From the NCBI RefSeq assembly GCF_002571385.2, contig NW_019218157.1, positions 75,752 to 139,751 on the forward strand: 64,000 nucleotides of DNA, given 5' to 3'. The notes beneath the pieces were generated by a model. The model saw only the letters and a program-made list of their open reading frames with translations, had not been told where the DNA came from and ran no database searches. How positions within the stretch are numbered: position 1 is the first letter of the stretch; every line of letters begins with the position of its first letter. Source of the DNA: Stylophora pistillata. Taxonomy: Eukaryota. This document shows, piece by piece, positions 50,437-62,523 of the stretch. The translations under genes were made by a program, and so were the position numbers.

Positions 50437-52704
50437 ATGGAAATCAAAGAGGTAATGGAAACTCTAGAGGAGCTGGTAACGTGTCATCTTTGCTCAAATG
50501 TTATAAGGAATCCTAAAGTTACGCCTTGTCTCCACACGTTTTGTTGTGAATGTCTCAAAGATGTTGCTAAAAGTCGGCCATATCAGACCACCATCGCGTG
50601 CCCACTTTGCCAGTATGATATCCGCAAACCAGAGGGAAACAAGTTCGAGGCGCTACCGACAAATTTTTACATTACACGTCTTCTTGACCTGCTCATCGCT
50701 AAGAGACGCAGTTATCCCGAAGCATCTTGCGGCAACTGCCAAAAGAAGTTGAAGCTCAGCGCCTTCTGTTTCGCGTGTGACACATTTATGTGCGATGAAT
50801 GCCTCAATGCACATAATGTCATTACGCGAAGTACTGGTCATCGAACCGTGAGCTTGGGAAAATTCAAACCGCGAGACTACGAAGATATGCTACGGCGTCC
50901 GATGCTGTGCGCCCATAAATTCAAAGAGAAAGGAGTCGTGGAGTACTTTTGTTATGACTGTGACGCTTCAGTATGTCACATATGCAATATCGCCATTCAA
51001 CACACGCATCGTATTGTCGACCTTCATGAGGCCGCCAGCGAGCAGAAACTGAAGTTTCGTGAAATGAATACCAAGCTCAAGGAGAAGATACGAATGGTGG
51101 AACTTGGTGTACACAATGTTGAACACCGCTCCATGGAGGTACAAGAGCAAGTTGATTACTTGAAGAAGGACGTGACAGAGAAAATGGATAAACTTGTGGC
51201 GATTATACGAGCCCACCAGGAAGAAATGATCCAGAGTCTGGAGAGCATTTGTAAAGACAAGCTGGAGAACTTAACATTCCAGCTGAAACTTTTTGAGTCA
51301 ATGATGTCACAGACCGAAGGTTCTTTCAACTTCATCGAAGATTTGCTTCAGAGGAACATCAGCGAGGAAATTATGTACATCAAGAATCACGTCAAGTCAC
51401 GCGTGGAGGAAATCACCAGTCTCGAAGTGGGCACCAATCCAGCGGAAAACGAACACATTGGTTATGTTCCCAACACGGAAATGTTCGAAGGGCTCCAAAA
51501 TTCAAAGCTGGGCAGAGTTGTCACCAGTCTCACGGAACCAGCCTTGTCAACTGCTGAAGGGGACGGCGTGGATGACGTGTCGGCAGGTGAGGAAGCAGAG
51601 TTTATTGTGACAACCAGAAATGCACAGGGTGAAGTCAGCTATAGCGAAATCGACCACGTGGTGGTGGAGGTCAAGTCGTCGATGTGGGGCCTCATAGAGA
51701 GCAGAGTTCGGAATTATCGAAACGGCAGTTACGATGTCAGTTACATACCACGCGTACCAGGACCTCATCGTGTGCAAGTCGAGGTTGGTGGTCATCTCAT
51801 CAGGGATAGCCCCTTCATGATAGAAGTCAAGCCACCCATACTTAGCCCGTTAAAGTCCTTTGGATCTCATGGAAACGTCGATGGAAAATTTACTCAACCA
51901 CATGGAGTGGCTGTTTCAAACACCGGACAGATCATCGTCTCTGACAGTTTGAAGCATCGGATCCACGTGTTTACACCGGACGGCGGGCAGATCCTCGAGT
52001 TCGGCAGTGAAGGAACGAAAGATGGCAAGTTGTTCCACCCGATGTCCATAGCCCTCAACAAGAGTCAAAAGTACGTGCTTGTGGCAGACAGTGACAACAA
52101 CAGAGTGCAGTATTTCGACGTGAAGACTGGAAAGTTTGTGAAAAAATTCGGTTCCGAGGGCAGTGGCCATGGCCAGTTCAACGGCCCCTGCGGCATATCA
52201 GTTGACCAGAAAGACCGCGTCATCGTCACTGATTGGAACAATCACCGAGTGCAAGTATTTAGCTCCGACGGCAAATTCCTTTTCAAATTTGGGGATGCAG
52301 GCAACGACAGACTCATTCATCCCAGATTTGCCATGTACCATGACGAAGAGGAACGTTTCCTAGTTGCTGATACTGGTAACGATGTAGTTAAAGTTTATGA
52401 CCAAAATGGCGATCTTTTAAGAATAATAGGTAGGCATGGCCATAAGAAAGGGGAGTTTTGTGGTCCCCGTGGCCTGGCGATTGATAAAAATCAAAACATA
52501 ATTGTATGTGATTTCGAAAACCACCGTCTACAAGTTTTCAATATTAAGGGGGTTGTTCTCAATAGTTTTGGGACAAACGGAAAGGGTATCGGCCAGTTTG
52601 CGTTTCCATTAAGTGTTTCAGTTGTTCGAGGGTCGAAGGTTGTTGTGAGTGATTGGGGTAACAACCGCATACAAATATTCAAATATAGAGATTCCATGAA
52701 CTAA
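50437..52704 (+). CDS. TRIM-NHL E3 ligase paralogue (RING, B-boxes, coiled coil, filamin, NHL), intronless CDS, 755 aa
   Basis: RING CHLC..PCLHTFCCEC..CPLC; B-box CGNC..FCFACDTFMCDECLNAH; filamin AEGDG..AGEEAEFIVTTRN..GSYDVSYIP..IRDSPF; six NHL repeats; collinear with the gene at 42366-44657. Confidence 0.96.
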   Translation: MEIKEVMETLEELVTCHLCSNVIRNPKVTPCLHTFCCECLKDVAKSRPYQTTIACPLCQYDIRKPEGNKFEALPTNFYITRLLDLLIAKRRSYPEASCGNCQKKLKLSAFCFACDTFMCDECLNAHNVITRSTGHRTVSLGKFKPRDYEDMLRRPMLCAHKFKEKGVVEYFCYDCDASVCHICNIAIQHTHRIVDLHEAASEQKLKFREMNTKLKEKIRMVELGVHNVEHRSMEVQEQVDYLKKDVTEKMDKLVAIIRAHQEEMIQSLESICKDKLENLTFQLKLFESMMSQTEGSFNFIEDLLQRNISEEIMYIKNHVKSRVEEITSLEVGTNPAENEHIGYVPNTEMFEGLQNSKLGRVVTSLTEPALSTAEGDGVDDVSAGEEAEFIVTTRNAQGEVSYSEIDHVVVEVKSSMWGLIESRVRNYRNGSYDVSYIPRVPGPHRVQVEVGGHLIRDSPFMIEVKPPILSPLKSFGSHGNVDGKFTQPHGVAVSNTGQIIVSDSLKHRIHVFTPDGGQILEFGSEGTKDGKLFHPMSIALNKSQKYVLVADSDNNRVQYFDVKTGKFVKKFGSEGSGHGQFNGPCGISVDQKDRVIVTDWNNHRVQVFSSDGKFLFKFGDAGNDRLIHPRFAMYHDEEERFLVADTGNDVVKVYDQNGDLLRIIGRHGHKKGEFCGPRGLAIDKNQNIIVCDFENHRLQVFNIKGVVLNSFGTNGKGIGQFAFPLSVSVVRGSKVVVSDWGNNRIQIFKYRDSMN

Positions 52705-55700
52705 AATTGTTAGTCTAGTCACTACATATAATGGTCTGGGCTATTGTGTCGCAGGAGATTGCGATATTTTCATTTCAAACGTATATTGTATTCTAAACTT
52801 AAGAATTGCAGAGGAGGAAGAGCAGTTGAAGATTTTGGGCAAACCATAAGCAGCAATGGATTCTTTGCAACTGCGATCTCTTATCGGTTCGTCACTGAGA
52901 CGGCACGAATTTTATCTTTTTTAATCCAATTTTGGGTTTTATTGGTCTTTGGCAGCCATTCTTTTGAGACTTTTCAGCGGCTTTAAACAAAAGCCCTTTA
53001 ATATTTAACTAACTTACAAATGAGAATATAATATCACAAGTTGAAGAAAATATTATATTAATGTTATAGCTTATCAATCGCTTTGAGGGTTCAAAAAGTC
53101 AGTTCAATTTTTTTAGGCTCTATTATGCAATGAAAATATATTTTTTCGGAAATAGGGCAGTAGCTGGCAATAGTGTTATATAGAATTTCACAAATACTAT
53201 TATGGTAATAGCTTTATCATTTTCCCTAACCGGGAGCAGTTTACAAATTTGATCCAATTTATCTGGATTCGATTAAACAAACTACGAGGGCCTAACATTT
53301 CAGGCAAATGATTTGTCATAGCTCAGTGTTAGGTCAAATCAGATCTTAATCCCTTCACTTCTAGAGGAGACCAAAAAGCAATTTCTCTCCACAACATGGA
53401 CCCGTTTTCGAGAAGAAAAGTGATGACAGAAAAAAACTTTCAACCAAGAAACGTTTGGATGGCAATTAACTGTCCACACCCTAACATCAGTGTCCATGTT
53501 CTCAATGCTCTCCTCTGTACATTTCCTTTGGCACTGGAAAGGAGAATTTGTTTAACAATCAAAACTTCTTAAGTTGGCGATCATTTCCTTTCCTCTTACA
53601 ATCTTAATGAAGGATTCCAAACTAACTATTACTGCAATGAGAATTCAAATGCTAGCCACTTTTAGGGTTTAAAGGATTAAGGGTCTGATCTTGGGAGAGA
53701 AAAAGAGCTACGTCATAATCTTTTAAGTCGTTATTCGAGGCGAGCAAACTACCTTTCATTTAGGAGAATAGCTGAAAATATTTTGTTTGTTATGATGAGG
53801 TTTACTCACTAAAAGCAAATGATAAACTTAAAACTTGACAAACATGGCCAAGGGCAGAGGATAAAAGGACGAATTTAAAAGTTTGTACTTCTTTAAAAAA
53901 AACAGGAACTCTTGTGTACAGTTGTAGCTCTATTATAAAATTTGCCAATGGCTTCTAGATAGAGGCTTCTATTTCATAGCGTTGTTTAAGCATATTATTT
54001 ATCAGCGTTAATCATTATTTTTTCCGAAGTAACGAAAACAAGGTAGTATCGCACGGCAACAGTAGTGCATCCCTCCGTCCTCCAAGATCCTTTCGTTTCT
54101 TTCTGTACCTCTTTGAAAGGAAAGGGGGCTGCACAGGGCACTCATCATGGAACTGTAAAAGGTAAGAACTGTGAAACCTGCCTTTCAATTCTCGTTTGTA
54201 GTGCAGTTGTTATTAGGGCAGAGGAACATTGAATTTATGTTGAAGAAAAATAGTCTTGTTTTGCAAAATCATTCTTTTTTTTCCAAAATCACCACCTAGA
54301 TGTACTTTCAAGTAAAATTTTAGAGTAAATAGGGTATCAATAAAAAAAGTTTGAGTGACTGAGTTTTAAATTAGGACTTTAGAACTAAAGAGGTACTAAA
54401 TTAGTTTGAATACCAACGGGAGGTCCACATCGTGGGGATTACTTCAAATCTGTTCAATAATTATTGATTTTAAGACTTCCTTCCTGGAGTCACTTAAGTC
54501 GGAATGAAACCGTTAGTACCTCTGCTACCAAAAACACCTCTTGAAAATGTTAGGGGAAATGTATCTTTATGTACGTTCTCATGGTCTTAAGTTCACCTTG
54601 ATACCCCCCCCCCCCTTTCCTAAACGTCCCCATTTAAAGTAAGTTGCAATCATAAAGAAGAGTCGAATTGTTTCTTTAAGTAGTTCGTCACACTAACTCT
54701 GCAAAGCAGTGGACCTCATTGATTCTCTTCTCCTGATATGGATCTTTCAAAGAATCTAGGAAACAGTTGCAGGCTTACAACCCCGACATTTTAATTTCCA
54801 TGAATGACCAGAAGACAGAATTTCTCCTTACAATATCAATACAATATCAAGCAGAAAAGTGATGAAGATAAAGAAAAATTTAAATTAGGGGATTATTAGT
54901 TGATCCAATATTAATACAATACTGAGCTAAAACCATAAGAATTGTAAGGCGGATATTGCGGAGAATTACTAATAAGATCTAGGGGGGGGGGGAAGAGAGG
55001 GTTAAACCATGGGCTGAAAGTCTGGGCACATCATCCCTTATAAGGGAGTGACGAAAAAAATCAGAGAAAGCAAACGTATTTATTTTAATTTATTGTAACT
55101 ATTTGTCGTACTAATAATCCAAGTGCATGGTTTCTCTAAACTAACCACAAGAGAAACATGCAACTTAAAAAAAAAGGCAACACAGAAAATCTTAATCAAT
55201 TAAAAAGCTAACTACTTCCTCGAGCTTTTCCTTGAAGTACAGCCATACTTAAGCTATTCTCTCTTTGTACTCATGAAACATATAGCAATAACTTCTAAAA
55301 AAAGTACAAAAATTTTCGTTCAATCAGCGAAAAATGTTCCAGACATGCTGTCAAGTTTCACTTTTCTCTTTAAGAGTCTGTTTACACTTTTAGTTGCCTA
55401 TTTTGCCAGAAAATATTTACCGCTCGTGTATCGATAAGATGTATTAAAAATAGATCATACTGGATTTCCTCCGAGGAAAGCCACATTGAAACTGGGGGAT
55501 CTCGAATAATACGAGCTCTTTCCTTAACACTATAAGTACGGTAGGGGTTAAGATAAAGTACAAAGAAATAAAACACAAATTGACACACACGCACACTTTT
55601 GTGATGTAACGGAAAATAAAAGAAAAACTAAGGAGTGAAACAAAATTCAAGTAGAATAATAAGTAATGTTGAAAGGCCAGAGAGTCTCCTCCCTTAGTGT

Positions 55701-55834
55701 TGAACTATCTATAAACATGTACAGAAAAGAAGATGTCCTCATACTCCATGATGTTAAGCGCACCATTTAAAACAAACCAACTTAAGATTTAAGCGAAGAA
55801 ATTTGCTTACGAACGCCATGTTCTCCTCCGGGTT

Positions 55835-56739
55835 TTACCTTTTACTATTCAACATAGTATATTCATTTTCGGGCCGTTTCAGTTCTTCATATTGTGGCTT
55901 TAGTTCTGCATACTGTGGCTCCACTGATCCTGGTAGAAAAGAATCTTGGCTCGTCATATAGGCATCATTAACAGCTGCCATCTCCATCCCTGAGACTTGT
56001 CGGGAAATTGACCGCTCACTGTCGACTCGTTGTTTCCCAACTCTTAATATGAGCAAATCAGAATTATTTTCTATGCCAGAAAAAGTCTGCGAAATGATTA
56101 ATGTAATATGAGGCCATACATATTAAGGGTGTGTCGACCTCAAGCATTCAAAGTAATAAATATCGCAGGAACCTCTTTCCGTTCAGTTTTACTTTACCTA
56201 GCGCCATAATTGGTGAAATAACTAAAACAAAAGCGAAAAACTACAACAAAGTTTTGTCTGTCATAATCTCTATCTCACAGGGCTACGATTTCACTGATGT
56301 AACGATATGTAGCAAAGCTAATTAACATATACCATTGCGTAGACGGGAGAGTAAAAAGTTACTTGGAAACTTTAAATGTGTTACTCCTCAATACAATACT
56401 CCACCTAACCCACTCTCCCCCCCCCCCCCCCCTCTCTTGCATGGTGCATGACCACAAAAACTAAGACTCGATTTTTTCCAGGGCAGGAAGGGTTCGATGT
56501 TAAGGAATTGAATTGGTATTTCAATCTCGGAAATTTCGATCTCACTCAATGACAAAGCGTCAACTATCTTTTTTACGGTGTTTTCATTGCACCAGTAGTC
56601 TTCTTAAATTCGTTACCAATGGATGGAGAAATGTCGGTAGAACATAGGAGAATATTGAGCACAGTCAGCAGAGTTACCCTCTATTGCAATACGACAGCAT
56701 TAGACAAAGATGTGTATTTACATATGAATAAAGGGGGTG

Positions 56740-56776
<37 letters not shown>

Positions 56777-59700
56777 TAACAAGGTAGTTTTAGTTTTAAC
56801 AACTGAGTTGATACAGTAAATTGGCCACTGTAAAGAGTTTCAAAGCTGACGTATCGAGCGTTAGCCCTTCGTGGGAACGAATGACGAAGGGCTAACGCTA
56901 GAAACGTCAGTTTTGAAATCCTTTATGTTGGCCAATGTAGTTTGTCGACTGGGTCGATAAAACCAAAATTACTGTGTTTTTACATACCCGTTCTTCTTTC
57001 TTCTGTTGCAATACCAGGCGATGGCAATAATGACAAGAATGAGGATCACAGCACCAGCAACACATCCACCAACGATGGCATGCATTTTAGATCTGTCTTT
57101 TTCTGTCGGAATCGCTGTGGTCATAAGAGTCGTTCCTGTCGTTGTCGTCGTTGTATCGGCATAAAGAATTTGTACACTCGATATATTGGCGTTTATGGAG
57201 CTTGAGAGCTCAGACAGTGACCCTTGGATGATGGCGGCCAAGACGTCTTTCTTTATGACGGGAGCCGACGATCCAGGAGGAAATTGTAGATAAAATGCGA
57301 GGCTTGCCAGGAGAGGTACTACAGATATTTGCTTGGGGTAACCGGGCAAAAGATGAACTTGATCCTCGGTAAATGTAACGTAGCTCGCTGCTCTCCGGCG
57401 CCTTGAACTAGAAGGAGATATAATAGACGAAGGTGGATTAGTATAATTGATCTAAAATATGATGAAGTTCAAAATATTTTGGATTGAAAACCTTCGGACG
57501 CTGCTCGCGATATAGAACGGGTGCCCTGGCTACGGCTACGGTGGTAACTCCCTGGGTCAAAGAGATGACCTTTATTAGCCTTACGGTCTCTGCCTAGCTG
57601 TGTCACTTTGTCAAACTTGAAGTCTGCTAATAAGCAGATCTACGTTCGTGGTGATAGACAGTCGGCCAATCTAAGGTTATACGATGAATATTCAGTTAGT
57701 CAGTCAGTCAAGCTGTCCGTCAGTCGGTCGGTCCATCAATGAGTCCGTCGATAGGTCGGTCGCTCGGTCGGTCGGTGGTCGGTTGGTCAGTCGTCACTCA
57801 GTCATTAAGTGCACCATACTCGATTTTCCCAAAATGTTGATCTGGTAGGCAATATCTTACTCAGTCTGTGTGACACGGACGATAAGTCAGTGGATCGGCC
57901 ATATTGCAAATGGACAAATTTAATCTTTACCCTGTTTCCTTGGACTTGCAGTCGTCGTTCGTCGCGCAGTGTGTGGTAGCTGCTTCTGCAAGGGTAGTTT
58001 TGAACTTCTCTTCAACTTCCGCGTTCCACTAAGAGAAAAGATCATTCAGTGTAACAGAACTGATATTTGAAAAAATATCCTGAATAATCTGCTAATAAGG
58101 ATAATCTACCATACTGACAGTTGACATGTTTTTCCAAACTTTCAGAATGGCAAAGAAAAGTCTGAGATCCAAAGCTACTGTCATTCTGCTACAATGTAGT
58201 AGAAAGGACGAAATGAAGCCAGTGGAGTTTATTACAAGCACGTATTCCTTGTTGCTTACCAGAGAGATATCGAGGGCTGCCTCGACATTGACTGATTCAC
58301 TCTTCTCTTCATCTGTTGGTGTCCTTGGGGTTGAGGCAGGTGGGGGTGGTGGAGGAGCCTCGCCTTTTTCGAGCCCTACAGAGGTAGAGAAGATGAAGAG
58401 ATATTATCTACCTTAAAAGAGCTTCTCCAATTATCGAAATTGTGCTTGAAATGACGTGTTCCCTTGACACGTCATTTCAAGCACAATTTCCTCGTGCATT
58501 CTCGTGCTCAAATATTCACGTAATTAGGTTATCAGTCAAGACTCTTTAAAATAGATATCACCCGTACTTATTAAAAGGAATACATTCTTGATCACAATCG
58601 GCAGGCATTGTAGCATTAAAAAAAAAATGCCCACCAGTCATCCATCCCACAAGATAAGAAACGTAGGTTTCTTCTGGTCGCATCCTATGATTTTGCTGTT
58701 GGAATTGTTTAGCAGAGCTAAGCGTATTCCCCTATTCCTTTCATCTCTCAAACTCTTCGCAAATTGCTGAGTAAACTAGCCAGCTCACGCATAACCACTT
58801 ACACTAACTATAATTAGTTTTAGCAATGATGACCGAAATTAGAGGTTCGATACGGCCATCAGCAGTTGCTCATTTCCTAAATGAAATGATTTATTTTTAT
58901 TTAGGAAAATGAACAATTAGTCGAATTGATTGTAGAATGATTGATTAATCGATATACTGATTGATCGAGCTCAGTGCGCAAAATTCTAATTTTCCAAGTC
59001 ACCTTTGCACATGTTATCTATCCAATAGAGTCCTTCATCGCACACGCACTTGTAGGAACCAGGCGTGTTTTCACACTTCTGCGAAGGATCACAGCTAAAC
59101 GTAAACTCCATGCATTCGTCAATATCTAGGGTAGAAATAAAACTAATTAAAACGTAGCAAAGTTTGCCACTGTGACGGAAACTTCATTTTATCAGTCAAA
59201 ATATCTAAAATGGTAAATTCTAAATGACAGCAAAAGGTGCCTCATTTCTAAAACTTGTAACGCAGATTAATATTTAGGGATTGTTAACGTAGAGATTGTC
59301 AGTCAAGGTTAGAGTATACAGGCATGTAGCTTTTACCGTTGCAAGCGTAGCTATCGCTGTCAAGTTTAAAACCGGCTACACAGGAACATTCATAGCTTCC
59401 CACTGTGTTTTTACAAGTCTGACTACATCGGTTGTTGTCGCTTGAAGAGCACTCATCCACATCTAAAAAGTGTTTGAAAAAGCAATGCCTGTACGTCATT
59501 TTGCTTTGGTGTGAATGTTTTTTTAAAAGCTACTGGCAGATACATTCCAATGTGGGTTGATACAAGTTAAAAATGACTAAAGAAAAAGCCAAAGAATTGG
59601 ATAAATTCCCCTAAACTATCTCTTCCGGAGTGATGTCTTCTAATGATAAAGCACCAATTGAGAAGAGAATTTAGGAAATATTGTCAACCTTATCACAGAA

Positions 59701-61364
59701 AGAAGACAATGAAAAACTAGGAAAGAGAGGAAGAGCGAGAGAAAGAAAGTAATGGGAAAGAGATAAATGGCTATTAGGGTTTGTTTTGGTTTCATCTAGT
59801 TTTTTGCATGTGGTGGGGATTTTTGCATGTGCGTTTGTGTGTTACTACCGCAACAATGGAGACTCAAAAATGCCTAACAAATGTATGAAAATAAATCGGA
59901 AATAATCGGTTCTTATCAATCGACACTGGGTAAATCTCGGAAATGTTTACTTACCTGAGCACGTTTTTCCATCTCCATTCAACTCATACCCTGCATTGCA
60001 TGAACACTTATCTTGGCCATTGGACTGGTAGCAGACATGCTGGCAGCCGTGATTTCCTTCACAAGGATTCATAGCTACGTTGTGAAAGCAAAGTATTGGT
60101 ATAAATTTTAAAGGGGTAGCGATTTCAAAAACAATTTCTAATCACCACCGCGCAGACAAAAACGTGAAAGGAATTTCGGAAAATTTTTGTAAATTTGAAG
60201 TAAATTTTTTTATATTGTAGGCATCCTTCAAAAGAAGTATTGAAAATAATGTGTGAAAGGATAATTACGTTTTCAGAGGCTTTTGAAATAAATTTCGCGT
60301 GCCTTTCACGTAACAAATTTCACAGGCATGTGGAATTTTCATTTGAAACAAGAGAGAATTCCGTATGAAGACTGCGATTAGATTTTACGTTTAAGAGCAC
60401 TTCTTCACTAAGATAATGTGTTTAGTCTAAATCCAAAAATAGGATCTCAGCAGCTTGGAGATGAAATGAAGTCTTAAAGAATAAAAAGCCAGCATATTTC
60501 ATGATCAAACCTCTTCACAGGAAATTAAACAGAAGTGATCTGAAGAGTGACACTAAATTACTCACGTATGCATTTCTTTGAATCATCCGGGTCCACCTTG
60601 AAGTCTGCATTGCATTTGCAGTTATAACTTCCCTGGGTGTTTTCACAAACATGCATACAATTACCGACTGGAGAACACTCATCAATATCTAAAGGAAAAG
60701 TTTGAAAGACAATTAAACAATGTCTGTTAGCAAAGACGATCAGGAAAAATAGCTCTAGACCCTTAAAAAATTAAGTAATTTGTTTAATTTCAAAATAGCA
60801 AAGTTATGAACCAACGGAATTTATACACAAGTAAGAGCATAGCAAAACTCAAAATAACAAAAAGTACCACCTAATTTAGGACAGGAAAGTTAAAACAAAC
60901 AAAATAAATAAATAACCCCCAAACAAATACCAAAATAAAGCGAAAGGCAATCAGCGAGAAAAACAAGGAAACAGATGAAATGTACCTCCCTCCCCCCTTC
61001 GTATTCACATTAACTTCTTGGGTTGAGTTAAGATGTGACTTCGATGAGCGACCGAAAATGGCTTTATTCTTTTATTTTATTTTATTTTTTTATTCAGAGA
61101 TTTACCATAAAGTAGATGTAGAAACAATAGGACTCTAAGTCCTCTACTAGGTTTCTACACCCTGGAAACCCCACCCATCCCACCCCAGGGGAGGACATCC
61201 ACCACATAGTAATCTCGTGCGTGGGAAATTAACGTCTCCTACCTCTAATCCTGCAGGAAACAGGACCTACGGTTTATTCGTCCTTATCCGAGAAGACTAG
61301 AGTATCTATCCATTTCTTGATGTTATAGAAAGGCAGCAAATAGCCTATTTCCGAATTTCCTTTA

Positions 61365-61402
<38 letters not shown>

Positions 61403-62488
61403 GTATGGTAATAAGTTTTCATTCACATACAAATTAAACTCATTTTCATACGTATGGTTGAGCACCAGGCCTCGTTTTGAAAAGAGGCCAAACGTAATTC
61501 GGAAATTCTCCTCAATTATTTTAAGACCACAAATATTGGTCCGGCCGGGGCTCGAACCCTCGACATCCCGCACATCACAATCCGGCGCTCTAACCAACTG
61601 AGCTAACCGGGAGGCGGTCCAGCCCTAAAAGTGTGTTTTGAGGATAACAAAACAAAACCGCTCATTATTTTCTTTAGGTTTACCTGTGCATGTCTTCTTG
61701 TCTATCCCAAGAGAGTATCCCGCGTTGCACTGGCACACAAATGATCCGGGAGTATTGATACAGGTGTCGCTGCAGCCATCAGTGTTCTTATTACATTCGT
61801 CGACGTCTGAAAATGCAAAGGAAAGTGCAGAGGTAGAGAAGGATTTACTACTCCATCAAAATCAAAGCAAAATTCTCCAACGTAATTGGATATCACCAGC
61901 TCCCTTTGAGCACTAATAGGATAGTGTACACGTTTGCCAGTGTAATTGAAAAGTGCGCATGTTGTTGTCGCCCATGTGACCGTGTTAACCATTGCTTTTT
62001 TAAAGAAAATGTATCACAGATAGCTGGATCGTTTGGCATTTGCATGAATAGCATTTATCATTAATCGTTCATCTGTCCGACAAAATTCAACGGGTACAGA
62101 GCTGTGCTCTACGCATCATTTGTCCCACACTGAGTTATGGCGAAGCCCTAAACCACGCCAAATGTGCGTCTATGCACACAAGACTTGATGCGCCGTGGGA
62201 AAAAACGTTTTAAAAAATGCGACAGCCTGATTGACGCCTAAGCCACTTCATACCACGGATCCAAGTGAGCGCTCACGACCGTTATCTTAGATTTAACAAT
62301 ATACCAACACTGTTTGCGTATAAGTCTGAGTGTTTTAAAAAGAGTTTTTGCCCTGCAATGTACCTCCAGTCGCATGATTTTTAATCATCTTAAATTTTCA
62401 ATGGGTAAACATAAATTTAGGTATTCCCTTTTCATTACCTATCATCGACATATAACCTTGCGAAGTTAACGTTGTATATAAGCCTGTG

Positions 62489-62523
<35 letters not shown>

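Noticed and set aside
61540-61617. Functional tRNA gene (also 46355-46432 and 1036-1105)
   Set aside because: A/B boxes are present, but the acceptor and anticodon arms are irregular and each continues into a multicopy repeat body.
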